Source: Squalus acanthias
Taxonomy: Eukaryota
DNA: 64,000 nucleotides
Assembly (NCBI GenBank): GCA_030390025.1
Contig: CM059431.1
Location: 150,042,001-150,106,000, forward strand
Direction of reading: 5' to 3'
Every line of letters starts with the position of its first letter. Within the stretch, counting starts at the first letter, position 1. The notes under the pieces are model-generated. The model ran no database searches. It had not been told where the DNA came from and saw only the letters and a list, made by a program, of their open reading frames with translations. The translations under genes were made by a program, and so were the position numbers. Shown here one piece after another: positions 1 through 11,830 of the stretch.

Positions 1-120
1 CTGAAGAAGGAGCAGCGCTCCGAAAGCTCGTCATTTTAAATAAAACTGTTGGATTATAACCTGGTGTTCTGCGACTTCTCATTTTTGTCCACCCCAGTCC
101 AACACGGGCATCTCCGCATT
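1..120 (+). mobile_element. Penelope-like element terminal repeat fragment carrying a minimal hammerhead motif; runs off the window start
   Basis: Same sequence as the arms of the 6871-7087 hairpin. CTGAAGA-A-GGAGC-agc-GCTCC-GAAA-GCTC at 1-29. Interrupts CR1 ORF2 at ~120. Confidence 0.6.
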
Positions 121-2635
121 ATTTCCTTTCTGAAAGACTCCCACTGCTCTGATGTGGATTTTCCTACAAGTAGCTGATCCCAGTCCACTTTGGCCAGATC
201 TTGCCTTATCATATTCAAATCGACCATCCCCCAATTTAGAACATTTATTTCCGGTCCATCTTTGTCCTTTTCCATGACTACCCAAAATCTCACCGAATTA
301 TGGTCACTGTCACCATAATGCTCTCCTACTGACACTTCTCCCACTTGCCCGGCTACATTACATAGAATTAGGTCCAGTACCGCCCCCTCTCTTGCAGGAT
401 TTTCTACATGCTGGCTCAAAAAGCAATCCTGGATGCACTTTAAGAATTCCACACCCTCCAAGCCTTTCACACTCTGCCTATCCCAGGTAATATTGGGGAA
501 GTTGAAATCCCTTACTATTATTACCCTATTATTTCTACACTTCTCTGAGATTTGCCTACATATCTGTTCCTATATCTCCCCCTGACTATTTGGGTGCCTA
601 TAGAACACTCCCAGCAAAGTGCTTGCCCCCTTTTTGTTTTTAAGTTCTAACCTTATGCCCTCATTAGAGGAACCTGCTAAGATATCATCCCTCCTTATAC
701 CAGTAATTGACTCCTTGATTAATATTGCGCACCCCCTAATCTTGAACACGCCCCTCTATCTCGCCTGAAGAATCTATACCCCGGAATATTGAGTTGCCAG
801 TCCTGCCCCTCCCTCAACCATGACTCTGTGATAGCAACAATATCATAGTCCCATGTGTTCATCAACACCTTCAATTCATCTGCTTTACTCGCAAGACTAT
901 TTGCATTAAAATAAATGCCATCCAGCCTTGCCATACTCCCTTTTGCCGTTATATATTTGCTCTGCCTTCCAGGCTGACTTGTTTTTTCCTCTATATTTGG
1001 CTGTGCATCACCCCCTACTATAGCTCCACTCCGTATCCCAAGCCCTGCCAAGTTAGTTTAACCTCCTCCAAACCCGCTAACAGGACTAGCATACCGCCCC
1101 TTAAGGATGTTGGTCCCATTCCGGTTCTGGTGCAACCCGTTCGACTTGTTTAGGTCACACCTTCCCCAGAAGCAGAACAGTGATCCAGGAAACTAAAGCC
1201 CTCCCTCCTGCACCAACTCTTTAGCCACGCATTCTTCTGTTCTATCCTCCTATTCCTATACTCATTAGCACGTGGCACCGGATGTAATCCAGAGATTACA
1301 ACCTTTGAGTTCCTGATTTTTAATTTGATTCCTAGCTCCCTAAATTCTTGTTGCAGGACCTCATCCCTTTTTCTAGCCATGTCGTTGGTACCAATGTGAA
1401 CCACGACCTCTGAGTATTCGCCCTCCCCCTTCAGAAAGCCCTGCAGCCGTTCAGTGGCATCCTTGACCCTGGCAACAGGGAAGCAACATACCATCGTGGG
1501 GTCAGGTCTGCGGACACAGAAACCTCTATCTGTTCCCCTTACGATAGTATCCCCTATCACTATGGTTATCCCACTCTTTTTCCCCCCCTCCTGTGCAGCT
1601 GAGCCACTCGTAGTGCCACGGACTTGACTCTTGCTGCATTCCCCTGAGAAACTATCTCCCCCAGCCGTATCCAAAACGGAAACACTGTTGGAGAGGGATA
1701 TGGACCCAGGGGACTCCTGCACTACCTTCCCAGTTCTTTTAATGTGTCTGGCGATCACCCACTCCCTGTCTGCCTGTGCACTCTTTACCTGCGGTGTGAC
1801 CACCTTGTTAAACGTGCTATCCATGTAGATCTCAGCCTCGCGGATGGTCCACACTGACTCCAGCCGCAGCTCCATATCAGAAACGCGGATTTCGAGTAGC
1901 TGCAGCTGGAGACACTTCATGCAGATGTGTTCGCCTTGGACAGCAAAAGTGTTGCTGACTTCCAACATAGGAGGAGCACTCCACGCTGCCGAGCTGCCCT
2001 GCCATGTCCTCCGCTGAATTTACTGCCTTTAGTTCCTTTAAATTAAATAATATTAAATAAATAAGGGAACATACCTCCCTTTAAAAACTACTTCTTCTAA
2101 ACTAGAGACCTTAGCTTTACTTTAACGACTGGAATGTAGAAATACTGTAGAAATACTCACCGCTGGTTCTCTGTCCCCTGTTGTGCAGGTTTTTAGCTCC
2201 TGCTCTCCTGGAAGCTGACAAAGACAGAAAAAGAAAGGAACACCTCCCTCCCCGAAGTCCCTCACTCACCAACCTCGCAGCTTCACACTCTGTTCCGATC
2301 TGCACACCGTGACGAACTGCACGCTAGCCTCCCTTGTTGATACTGCTAAGATTGAAATAACTGAGCTATCTGGCAGTTACAGAACCAGATTAGACCAGTT
2401 AATTAATTAATTACTCTCACCTGCTCTCCAGCACAGAGCTTGCTTAGCCCTGCCCAAGACTGGAAGAAACTTAAAACCTGAAACAATAAATTTAAATTTA
2501 AGTTAAATGCTAATTGCAAGCACACAAGACCAGATTATATAAAAAGGAGATTAACTCTTAAGATTCACTCCCTCACTCACCAAACTCGCAGCTTAACACT
2601 CTGTTCCGATCTGCACTCCGTGACAAACTGAACTC
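121..2635 (-). mobile_element. CR1 LINE 5' part: 5'UTR, ORF1 and the endonuclease region of ORF2 (degenerate)
   Basis: APE endonuclease motifs YFNANSL, IVAITESWL, LDLIL and SDHN in ORFs 719-1051 and 54-470. Same family as 50647-53848. A ~65-bp direct repeat lies at ~2259 and ~2569. Confidence 0.9.
1150..1968 (-). pseudogene. CR1 ORF1 (CxxC/leucine zipper + SGNH esterase)
   Basis: CMKCLQLQLLEIRV..LELRL, IVIGDTIVRG, VVVHIGTND: typical CR1 ORF1 esterase blocks. Confidence 0.85.
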
Positions 2636-3016
2636 TAGAGGTGTACACAATTATGTGGGGCATGGCTAGGGTAGATAGAAAGGAACTTTTCAACTTTGTA
2701 GAGGGGTCAATAACAAGGGGGCAGAGTTTCAATGTAGGTGGCAGGAGGTTTAGAGGGGATTTGAGGAAAAACATTTTCACCCAGTGGGTGGTTGGAATCT
2801 GGAACTCACTGCGTGAAAGGTTGGTAGAGGCAGGAACGCTCACAACATTCAAGAAGCATTTAGATGAGCACTTGAAACGCGATAGCATACAAGGCTACGG
2901 ACCAAGTGAAGGAAAATGGGATTAGAATAGACAGGGCTTGATGGCCGGCGGGGACACGATGGACTAAAGGACCTCTTTCTCTGCTGTATATCTCTATGAC
3001 TCTAACTATGACTCTA
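2636..3016 (+). mobile_element. CR1 3' end (end of ORF2, 3'UTR, ctatgact-type tail)
   Basis: ORF 2641-2925 matches the C-terminus of ORF 52947-53759 (FFTQRVVG.WNSL, FKKHLDEHLK). Tail ctctatgactctaactatgactct. Confidence 0.9.
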
Positions 3017-3034
3017 TTAATTATAACTTTTAAC

Positions 3035-5060
3035 TTTTGCAGTTGACACGCAACTGGGAAATGTCGTAAACACTGAATGGGATAGCAGTAGGCTTCAGGA
3101 GGACATAGACAGACTGGTCAAATGAGCAAAATGATGAAAGGAGTCGACGACAGTGCTATTAAGTGGTACTTACTCACCAATAAACTAATCACCGGCGCTC
3201 AGATTGTGTTCAGCCTGGACTTAAATACAGCCTTTGTCCAAACATGGACAAAGAGCTGAATTCCAGAGCTGAGGTGAGAGTGACTGCCCTCGTCATCAAG
3301 GTCACATTTGACCAAGTGTGGCATCAAGGAGCCCTACTAAAATTGAAGTCATTGGGAATGAGGCGGAAACTCTCCATTGGCTGGAGACATACCTTACACA
3401 AAGAAAGATGGCTGTGGTTGTTGGAAGTCAATAATCTCAGCCCCAGGACAGAGAAGTGTACTAGGCACAATCATCTTCAGCTGGTTCATCAATGACCTTC
3501 GCTTCATCATAAGATCAGAACTGGGGATGTTCTCTTACGATTGCAGTGTTTACTTCCATTCGCATCTCTTCGGATAATGAAGCAGTCCGTGCCCGCAAGC
3601 AGCAAGACCTAGACGTCTTTCAGGCTTGGGCTGATAAGCGGCAATAACACTCGCACCACACAAGTGGCAGGCAATGACGATCTCTAACAAGAGCCACCTG
3701 CCCGTGACTTTCAATGGCATTACCATCGCCAATCTCCCACCATCAATATCCTGAGGGACACTATTCACCAGAAACTTAACTGGACCGAGACCAGCCACAT
3801 TAAAATTGTGGCTACAAGAGCATGTCAGATCCTGGGTATTCTGCGGCTATTGTCTCACCACCTGACACCCCAAAGCCTTTCCACCATCTACAAGGCACAA
3901 GTCAGGAGTGTGATGGAATACTCTCCACTTGTCTGGAGGAGTTGCAGCTTCAACAACACTCAAGATGCTCGACATCATCCAGGACAGAGCAGCCCGCTTG
4001 ATTGGCACATATCCACCACCTTAAAAATTCAGACCTTCCACCGCCGGCGCACAGTGGCTGCAGTGTGTATCATCTATTGGATGCACTGCAGCAACTCGCC
4101 AAGGCGTCTTCGACAGCACCTCCCAAACCCGCGACTTCTACCTCCTAGAAGGACAAGGGTAGCAGGCGCATTGAACATCAGCACCTCTAAGTGCCTATCC
4201 AAGTCACAGAGCTTCCTGACTTGGAAGTATGTCGCCGTTCCTTCATCGTCGCTGGGTCAAAATCCTGCAAGTCCCTCCTTAACAGCACTGTGTGAGAAAC
4301 GTTGCCTCACGGGCTGCAGCTGTTGAAGAAGGCGGCTCAACGCCACCTTCTAAACGGCGTTGCAGGAAAAGAGACACCTGGGAGTTTACTTACCGAAGCC
4401 TTTGAGGATGGCAGTACAAGTTGACAAGATTGTTAAAAAAGCACATGGGATCCTTCGCTTTATAAATAGAGGCAGAGAATAAGAGCAAGGAAGTTATGCT
4501 GAAACTTTATAAATCACTTGTTAGACCCCGGCTGGAGTATTGTGTCCAAATCTTGGCACCTTTATGAAAGATGTCAAGTTCCTGGGATGGGCACAGAGGA
4601 GACTTAAAACAATGATATCAAGGTTGACGGTCTTAATTTATGCGGAGAGACATGAAATGCTGGAGTTCTTCTCCAGAGAGCACGCAATATAAAAGGGAGA
4701 TATATGGGAGATGTTCAAAATTATGACGGGTTTCATGGAGTAAAATAAATTCTACTGGCAGGAGGGTCGGTAAACAGAAGGCAAAGATTTAAAATAATTA
4801 TGAAAAGAACCAAAGGGATGATGAGGAGAATTTGTTCTACGCAGCGAGTTTTTATGATCTGGAATGCACTGCCTGAAAAGGTGATAGAAGCAGATTCAAT
4901 AATAACTTTCAAATGGGGACTGGATCAATACTGGAAGTGAGGGGCTTGCAGGACTGTGGGAAAGGAACAGGAGAGGGACACATCTGGTGTTGCTCTTTGA
5001 AAGAGCCGGCAGAGGCTCGATGGACTGAATGGCCTCCTTCTGTGCTGAATGATTCTGTGA
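3035..5060 (+). mobile_element. Old CR1 RT/3' fragments (3035-3125, 4360-5060) interrupted by a second LINE family (~3128-4358)
   Basis: CR1 LQEDIDRLV and RPxLEYC remnants. The inner element has ALxIKxxFDQVWHQGAL and IYKAQVRSVMEY, like 20175-22215. Confidence 0.75.
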
Positions 5061-5289
5061 TAACAGAAGCCACGGAGTCCTGGTCTCACGTGTAGATTCG
5101 GCCTTCTGCAGTTTTTGAGCCGGATTCTAATCGTTACTTGTAATCTGATAAAGTCGACAGCGGAAAAGCTAACACAATGTGCTGGTGAGACAAGGTGTGT
5201 TGACAAATTTATAACAGAGTTCATAAAAACTGAAATCATGAAATAGTTATGAGAATAAAATAGCGGCCATGAATATAAGGTAGTCACTA

Positions 5290-5555
5290 ATAAATGCCAT
5301 CAGGCATTCAGGAGAAAGCTCTTTACCCAGAGAGAGGTGAGAATGTGAAACTCGCTCCCACAGAGAGTGGCTGAGGTGAATGGCATTGATCCATTTAAGG
5401 GGAAGCGTGATAAACACATGAAGGACAAAGGAATAGAAGGTTATGCTGATAGTGTAAGATGAAGGAGGAATGGGAGGAGGTTCCTGTGGAGCATAAACAC
5501 CAGCATGGAGCAGTTAGGCTGAATGGCCTGTTTCTGTGCTGTATATTCTGTGCAA
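5290..5555 (+). mobile_element. CR1-like 3' end fragment
   Basis: Degenerate FRRxLFTQRxVRMxNSL and 3'UTR gaatggcctgtttctgtgctgta. Confidence 0.6.
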
Positions 5556-5954
5556 TTTTTTCAACTTTGCCTGGTTTCAATCAGTGAAGTAAAATCATTG
5601 ATTATAATCCTATTACATTTTTATGTCTGTTTGTCTCTGGATATCGAATCAAAATGTAAACAAGACATGGATGAGAGGGCCAGCAGAAGATGAGCTCAGG
5701 CAGGGGCGGAGACGGCCGTTGTTATGGATGCGGAAATCACGATGGCGACTGACTGGGACACCTCCCACGTTTCAATAGCAACACTCAGCAATGACTTCTA
5801 AGGAACTGCCAGAGGAAGCCGGACCCCAGTGAGAGACAAAACGTTACAGGGTGAACAGAATGAGTTTTGTAATAACAGAACTGATCAACACAAACACTGT
5901 CTCAGATTAGTATTCAGGTATTTGATACGTTGGGAATGACAACCATCTTAGTTT

Positions 5955-6085
5955 AAACTGCTCCCCTGGCAGGTACAGCACGGGGTTGGACACAGAGTAA
6001 AGCTCCATCTACACTGTCCCATCAGACACTCCCCGTGCAGGTACAGCATGGGTTACTTATAGATTAAATCTCGCTCGACACTGCA
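5955..6085. repeat. ~65-bp tandem unit, about 2 copies
   Basis: ctcccc..gcaggtacagca.gggtt....acagagtaaagctc repeated. Confidence 0.6.
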
Positions 6086-6094
6086 CCATTCTCT

Positions 6095-6430
6095 GTGTAT
6101 GAAGTGCTCAGTACCACATCGGGAGTGAGTTCAGGCTAACACAGCACAGCCCTGGGATGGAGCCTTGGGCTTTCCTGCTCTGTGTCTGTGTGGGGCGCAC
6201 TACCACAGCGGGTGAGATAAGGCTAACTCAGCACAGGCCGGAAATGGAGTCTGGGCCTTTTCTGATCTGTGTCTGTGTGGGGCTCAGTACCACAGCGGTG
6301 GAAAAAGGCTAATTCAGCACCAGCCGGGGATAGAGCCTGGGCCTTTCCTGCCCTGTGTGTATGTGCGGCTCAGTATCACACCGGGTGTGAGATCAGGCTA
6401 ACTCAACACAGGCCGGGCTGGATACTGGAC
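6095..6430. repeat. ~87-bp tandem repeat, about 4 copies, possibly SINE-derived
   Basis: gtaccaca...aggctaactcagcacaggccggg motif recurs at ~6111, 6200, 6287 and 6373. Confidence 0.75.
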
Positions 6431-6870
6431 ATTTCCCAACGATCACTGCCTCCCCTCTCTCAGTGATGCCCCTGCCTGGGTTGCTCAGCTCCAGTCTCTG
6501 TCGGATCTGTGTCGAGATATCAATCCCTGCTTCTGTCGTCCCAGTGTATTGAAATTAATCCACTTTCTTCCTGGTACCTCTCTGCTGTCCTTCCAAAAAG
6601 TTGCTGCTGTTTCGTTGGCAGGAGCTCAGCTCTGTGACATTATTGGAGATAATAAATCTGGGATCACATCCAGTAGTAACGCACATTCTGTTTAAGAACC
6701 ATGAACAGCTCAATGGGCCCAGAGCACACAGAATTTTACAAAACCAAGAGGGAAACACATCTCCCTCTGTCTATAATCTGCTTCTCACTTCGCGTTTGTC
6801 TGCTATCATCTATCTCTCCTCTATGTCTGTCAACCATTCTCTCTCCCTATCTATATCTATAGTGGTCATG

Positions 6871-7087
6871 ATGCGGAGATGCCGGTGTTGTACTGGGGTG
6901 GACAAAAATGAGAAGTCGCACAACACCAGGTTATAGTCCAACAGTTTTATTTGAAATCACAAGCTTTCGGAGCTGCTGCTCCTTCGTCGGGTGAATTGAC
7001 CCGACGAAGGAGCAGCAGCTCCGAAAGCTTTTGATTTCAAATACAACTGTTGGACTATAACCTGGTGTTGTGCGACTTCTCATTTTT
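6871..7087. mobile_element. Penelope-derived inverted repeat (hairpin with ~92-bp arms, 6904-7087)
   Basis: Near-perfect palindrome centred on AATT at 6994-6997, embedded in CT-rich simple sequence. Confidence 0.85.
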
Positions 7088-7089
7088 AT

Positions 7090-7325
7090 CTATATCTAGT
7101 AATCTCTCCTCTCTCTCTAGCTCCATCTATCTCGCCTTTATCTCTGTCACCCTCTCTCTCTCCCTATCTGTACATAATAATCTCTCCTATCTCTATCTCC
7201 ATCTATCTCTCCTTTATCTCCGTCACCCTATCTCTCCCTATCTATATTGATTAATCTCTCCTCTCTCTATTTCCATTTATATCTCCTCTCTATTTCTGTC
7301 ACTTTGTCCATCTTCCTCTCTCCGA
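7090..7325. repeat. CT/TCTA-rich low-complexity sequence
   Basis: Directly visible. Confidence 0.8.
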
Positions 7326-7880
7326 AGGAGGTTGACAGGATATGAGCTGAAAGGTTGTTTCGCCTGGCTGGAGTGTCTAGAACTAGGGGTTATAATCTCA
7401 GGATAAGGGGTAGGCCATTTAAAACTGAGATGAGGAGGAATTTCTTCACACAGAGAGTTGTGAATTTTCGGAATTCTCTGACCCAGAGGAATTTGGATGC
7501 TGAGTCTTTGAGTATATTCAAGGCTGAGATAGATAGATTGTTGCACTCTAGGGGAATCAAAGGTATGGAGATTGGAGTTGAAGTCCGCACTCCATTGGCT
7601 GGTGCAGCCTACAATCATCCACGTCTTCAAGCACTGTAATAATCTTATATGATTCAATGATATCACCTCTCATTCTTCTAAACTCTAGAGAATATAGGTA
7701 TAGTCTACTCAATCTCTCCTCATAGGACAATTCCCCCATCCCAGGAACCAGTCTGGTGAAACTTCATTACACTCCCTCTATGACAAGTATATCCTTCCTT
7801 CGGAAAGGAGAACAAAACTGTACACAATGTTGTCTCACCAGGGCAACTATATAACTGTGGAAAGACGTCTTTAATCTTTA
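7326..7880. mobile_element. Two CR1 ORF2 3' fragments in opposite orientation (7326-7575 +, ~7630-7880 -)
   Basis: TRGYNLRIRGRPFKTEMRRNFFTQ on +; SYEERLSRLYLYSLEFRRMRGD on -. Confidence 0.8.
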
Positions 7881-7889
7881 CCCACTTAG

Positions 7890-8170
7890 AGCACACAGCA
7901 CTCCTACCCGGCCATTGGCCCAGAGCGTGTCGCAAATTTCCAATCCACACATTTACGCAAAAACTGACAGCCAATCAGATGAAGCTCTCGCCCACCCCGC
8001 CCCCAACTGCACTGTATCCCGCGCTCTCTGCAGCCGCTGGCGTTCTGGCCATTGTTCCGCGATCCCCGCCCCCAGCCCAGCTCTCCACATACCTGTGAAT
8101 GTGACTGCGCGGGGCCTTGCAGATAGCTACGCGACCGTGCATCCGCGCACCTTCGCAGGAACATTGATGC
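7890..8170. promoter_or_regulatory. CpG-rich promoter-like segment with CCAAT and GC boxes
   Basis: ATTGG ~7915, CCAAT ~7939, CAGCCAATCAG ~7968, CCCCGCCCCC ~7995 and ~8064. High CpG density relative to the flanks. Confidence 0.4.
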
Positions 8171-8317
8171 AACCTCGAATTAATGTAAATAATTATGAAA
8201 GTCAGGGAACTGTCGTAAATTGATAAGCTTTCTGTGGGAGATGTTTATGTCATTGCCTATACTGAACAATAAGAAAATTTAATTTTATAGCCTGGCCCCT
8301 ACTCTAGATTTCGGAAC

Positions 8318-9510
8318 TGTAGACTTCGCAAAATCCCCCAGAAAGTCGAACAGATCCCTAAAGGGAGTGATTTCTGGACGTTTCATACAATCTTGGGATG
8401 ATGGGGCCTAAGTGAAGTGATTTGATGTAAAAACCGATAGATCAGGGAAGAAAAACCTGAGGAAAATGATTTTTTTTAAACCTTATTGTTGAGAGGGACA
8501 TTTTTTTCACGGACACAAGCTGCGAGGGGCCTGGCCGGTCAGTGAACAGATCAAGCTGCCTGGGAATTGTTTGAGACAAAGCAAAACTCACAAACACATT
8601 CAAATATGTATCTCCACGGGCAAACAAGATGCTGGAAATCTAAAAACGATTCAATGACAATATAACTTCGATCACACAGTTTCATAGCCATTATCCCATC
8701 AAAAAAAACATCAACCAGGTTTCCACAGAACAGATTTAAAAGCCCGCCAACAGAAGGACAATAGGGTGGAGATTTGGCGCGTAGGTAAGGCTGTGTTTAA
8801 ATCGGAAAACGATTAACACCATGCAAAAACCATCGGAACTGGCAAGACAGCCAAAAACTAGACAATTGCACTAAGCAAGCTTTATTTACAATCAAAAAGG
8901 AATTCGGTTTCGTAAGGGGTTTTTGGGCGCAAAAAAGAAACGGTATATCTTGAGATTCTCTGCCATAATTTCTCTCTTTTTCGGACTGACTGACGACGCG
9001 GACACAGCTCTCTCCCTGCTCCAGCAAAAATTAACACAAGCCACGAGGAAGAAGGCCAGAAGACAAGCACGCAAGAAGATACCAGAGCGACTGCCTCAGT
9101 GACCATCAGACACCTCGCAGCAACAAGGGCCTTACGGAGTCCTTTTAAAGAAAAGACTATAATATCCTGTCAATGAATCGTTGGTGAGCATTATCCCTGA
9201 TCTCCTGAAACCAAAAACCTAGCCAGATAGCGGGATCTTTTGGAGGGATAAGGTTTTGTTTGATATATTGTCATTTCCCTCGCTTGTACCGTGTGTTCCC
9301 CGAATCTGTGTTGAAGTAATAAGTGTGTTTCAAGTTTTTTACCTTTTTCCTTTAATAAAGTAAAATTCTTTCATCAGAACCTATTTACTGCAATTTTGTT
9401 CACAACCCCTAATTAAGCACAAAGTCTAGGTACCGGAGGGGTGTTGGAGCGATTCGAACCGCTCACTGTGTCATAAAGAGAAGGCTGAACCCATCAAGAT
9501 ACCCCTTACA
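8318..9510 (+). repeat. 5' LTR
   Basis: TGTAGACTTCGC...ACCCCTTACA. AATAAA at 9354-9359. Aligns end to end with 14960-16152. Confidence 0.95.
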
Positions 9511-9513
9511 TAA

Positions 9514-11202
9514 ATGGCGACCGTGGCAGGAGTTTGCCGAAAGTGTTGTGAAGCAGTAAATGCTGGTTTTGAGGAGAGAACAAAAATGGAAGAGAGGATG
9601 TCATCCTATGTATATAAAAAAGTAAATATCACCAAGAAATGGGTCCTCAGGCTGTTGCATGCTGGACGTCCTATGGACGCTGCAGCTGCATGGACTGAGA
9701 GCAAGGAATACAATAAGTCTGTGGAGAAAGCCATATGGTTGGTCTGCTCCCAGAAACAAATGCAGCTTATGGGGAAGCGCATTCAGGCTCTCACAGAAGA
9801 GCTAAAGGAAGAAAGCCAACTGTCCCGTGCCAGAGCTATAGCAGGGGATAGGTTGTTTGCAGATCTCGGCACAAAAGATCAGGAACAGTCACAGATGCTG
9901 GAGGAACACCGTGCCAGTAAGGGATACCTCCAGTGTCAGGCCACCGAGGCCAAAAGTAGTGGCATTGCGGGAGCAGAACACCCGCCTTGCCAAGCAATTA
10001 AGGGAACTCACAGAGAAGTTAAACGATGTTCAGGCAGCCTATAGAATAGCCAATAAAAGGGAGTTTGAGGTAGCGGACCACGGCCCCTGTCAGAAGCAGA
10101 TTGAGAGTCTGAACCTTGCTCTGTCCAAGGCAAAAGGCATGCTGTGCCTGATAAGCCAGGGTGCGGCCCAGGCAGACCTGGAAGAGCAGGGGGAGACTGT
10201 TCGACCACCACCTGTGGCGCCAAGGAGAAGCTTGGTTAGGCAGCAGGAGGTGCAGACAATCTGTGAGGCTGACGGGGAGTGCACACCAGCACCTGTGGCG
10301 CCGAGTTTTGACTCGGTCTGGCAGCAGGGAGAGGGGGGCTAACCGATGCAGGAGAAGTCGGAGCCAGGGCCAATGTGCCCAGCACGACAGCAAAAATTCG
10401 GCCCGCCCGCCGGTGGTGGAGGTCAGGGACCCCTTGAAAGTCAATTCTTGGCTCCCCACGGTACACAACAGCTTAGGGCTATGGTAAGCCACCTGAGTAA
10501 ACTTACCCAAAAGGAAGACCCCTCAGTCCACTTCATGGAGGTGGAGCAATCAGCAGCCATTAACGATTGTGACGATGCCGAAATGGCAAAAATTGCTCCT
10601 GTTCTCATTAGATGGCAAATTGTACCAGTCACTCTCTACTGAGAGCAAGAGAGGACAGAACGGGTATGCTGCCCTCAGGGAAAAAGTTTTAGAGGCCATG
10701 GGAATGAATGAGGGAAGTCCTTTCTCCCGGGTGGAGAAAAACAGTGCAACTCGCAGGGGAGACCCCACAGGCTTTCGCAGACAGGCTGTGGCCGGTGTGC
10801 ATGGGTGCTTGTAATGGGGCTCTCGACAGGGCTAACCGCAACAGGGACGAGCTGGCCCACTGGCTCCGTAGCCTAGTGGCAAACAGCTTGCCACGAGTCA
10901 AAGCCAAGGCTGAGCTTTGGTTTGACCCAAGAGATCCCCGGGTCACCGAGGAGGCAGTGGTCAGGCAACTGACCCTAGCCTACCGGAACGGTAGGGGAGC
11001 TGAAGAAACCCCAACGAAAGGGAAGGTGCATGAGATAAAGCCCAGTCAGGATAAGAAGGAGTGGCACCAGGAAGGTGGTAAACCTTCCGACATGAAGCAT
11101 AACTGCTTCGTGTGCGGGAAGAGGGGGCACTGGAGAAAGGACTGTAGAAATCCTGGAAGGATATGCTGTCAAAGAATTCCCCAGCTTTTGCCCCAAAAGT
11201 AG
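9514..11202 (+). pseudogene. gag: gag, frameshifted: N-terminal coiled coil, capsid-like region, CCHC zinc knuckle
   Basis: Chained ORFs 9514, 9857, 10346, 10569 and 10708. Heptads (LREQNTRLAKQLRELTEKLNDV) and CFVCGKRGHWRKDC at 11104-11145. Confidence 0.85.
9515..9531 (+). promoter_or_regulatory. Primer-binding site, probably tRNA-Arg
   Basis: TGGCGACCGTGGCAGGA, 4 nt after the LTR. One mismatch to the complement of a vertebrate tRNA-Arg(TCG) 3' end as I recall it (TGGCGACCGCGGCAGGA). Confidence 0.7.
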
Positions 11203-11369
11203 AGGCACCGACCTCTTCCCCCACAGTGGACACAATAGTAGCGGCCATCAGAGTCCTGTTTGTTGTCCCAGGGAATGTAGCTTCTGGTGCATTAATCCCA
11301 TCTGCACCCCGCTAACGCAGACCTATGACTGGAACCAGCGCAGCCTGTCTACCTGTGTTCCCCGGGATA

Positions 11370-11830
11370 CCATGTTAAGAAGGGGGTGGATAACGTGCAG
11401 GGGAGATTTTGGTGGACACCGGAGCTGCCAGCACTGTTGTCCATTCGGCAGACCTGACCAATTCACCCAAGTCTAGCGGGGTTCCTTACAGTTTAATTGG
11501 AATCACAGGGAACAAGCAGGTTGGGGCCATGTCCAAACAGTTGGACATAGATTAAGTATCCCTCCATACCACGTGGGAGGGTAACCAAAAGGCCGACAAG
11601 TTGGCCAAGCAGGGGGCCGGTGAAGGAGAGTTATGGGATCTGTATAAAGCAGGTCCGGTAGCTGCAATCCGGGATAAGATAGGTACACGAGGGGTAGCTT
11701 AGCCCCCGGACTTAAAGCAGGTCCAAGCCCAGCATCCCGTCTTTAAGGCCGGCCTCGTAGAGAGAGAGAGAGTGCGGAGTCTATCGGAGGTCCGTTCAGG
11801 GCAGAGGACGATATTTTTGAACAGAATCAC
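11370..11830 (+). pseudogene. pol: pro-pol remnant: aspartic protease joined by deletion to the RNase H C-terminus; RT and integrase core absent
   Basis: EILVDTGAASTVV at 11403-11441, LIGITG flap, EGNQKADKLAKQGA at 11577-11618, then DLKQVQAQHP linker. Confidence 0.8.

Noticed and set aside
11320..11335. TGA-CTG gag-pol readthrough signal
   Set aside because: The surrounding frames are disrupted and the TGA is not in the protease frame, so it cannot be supported from one copy.
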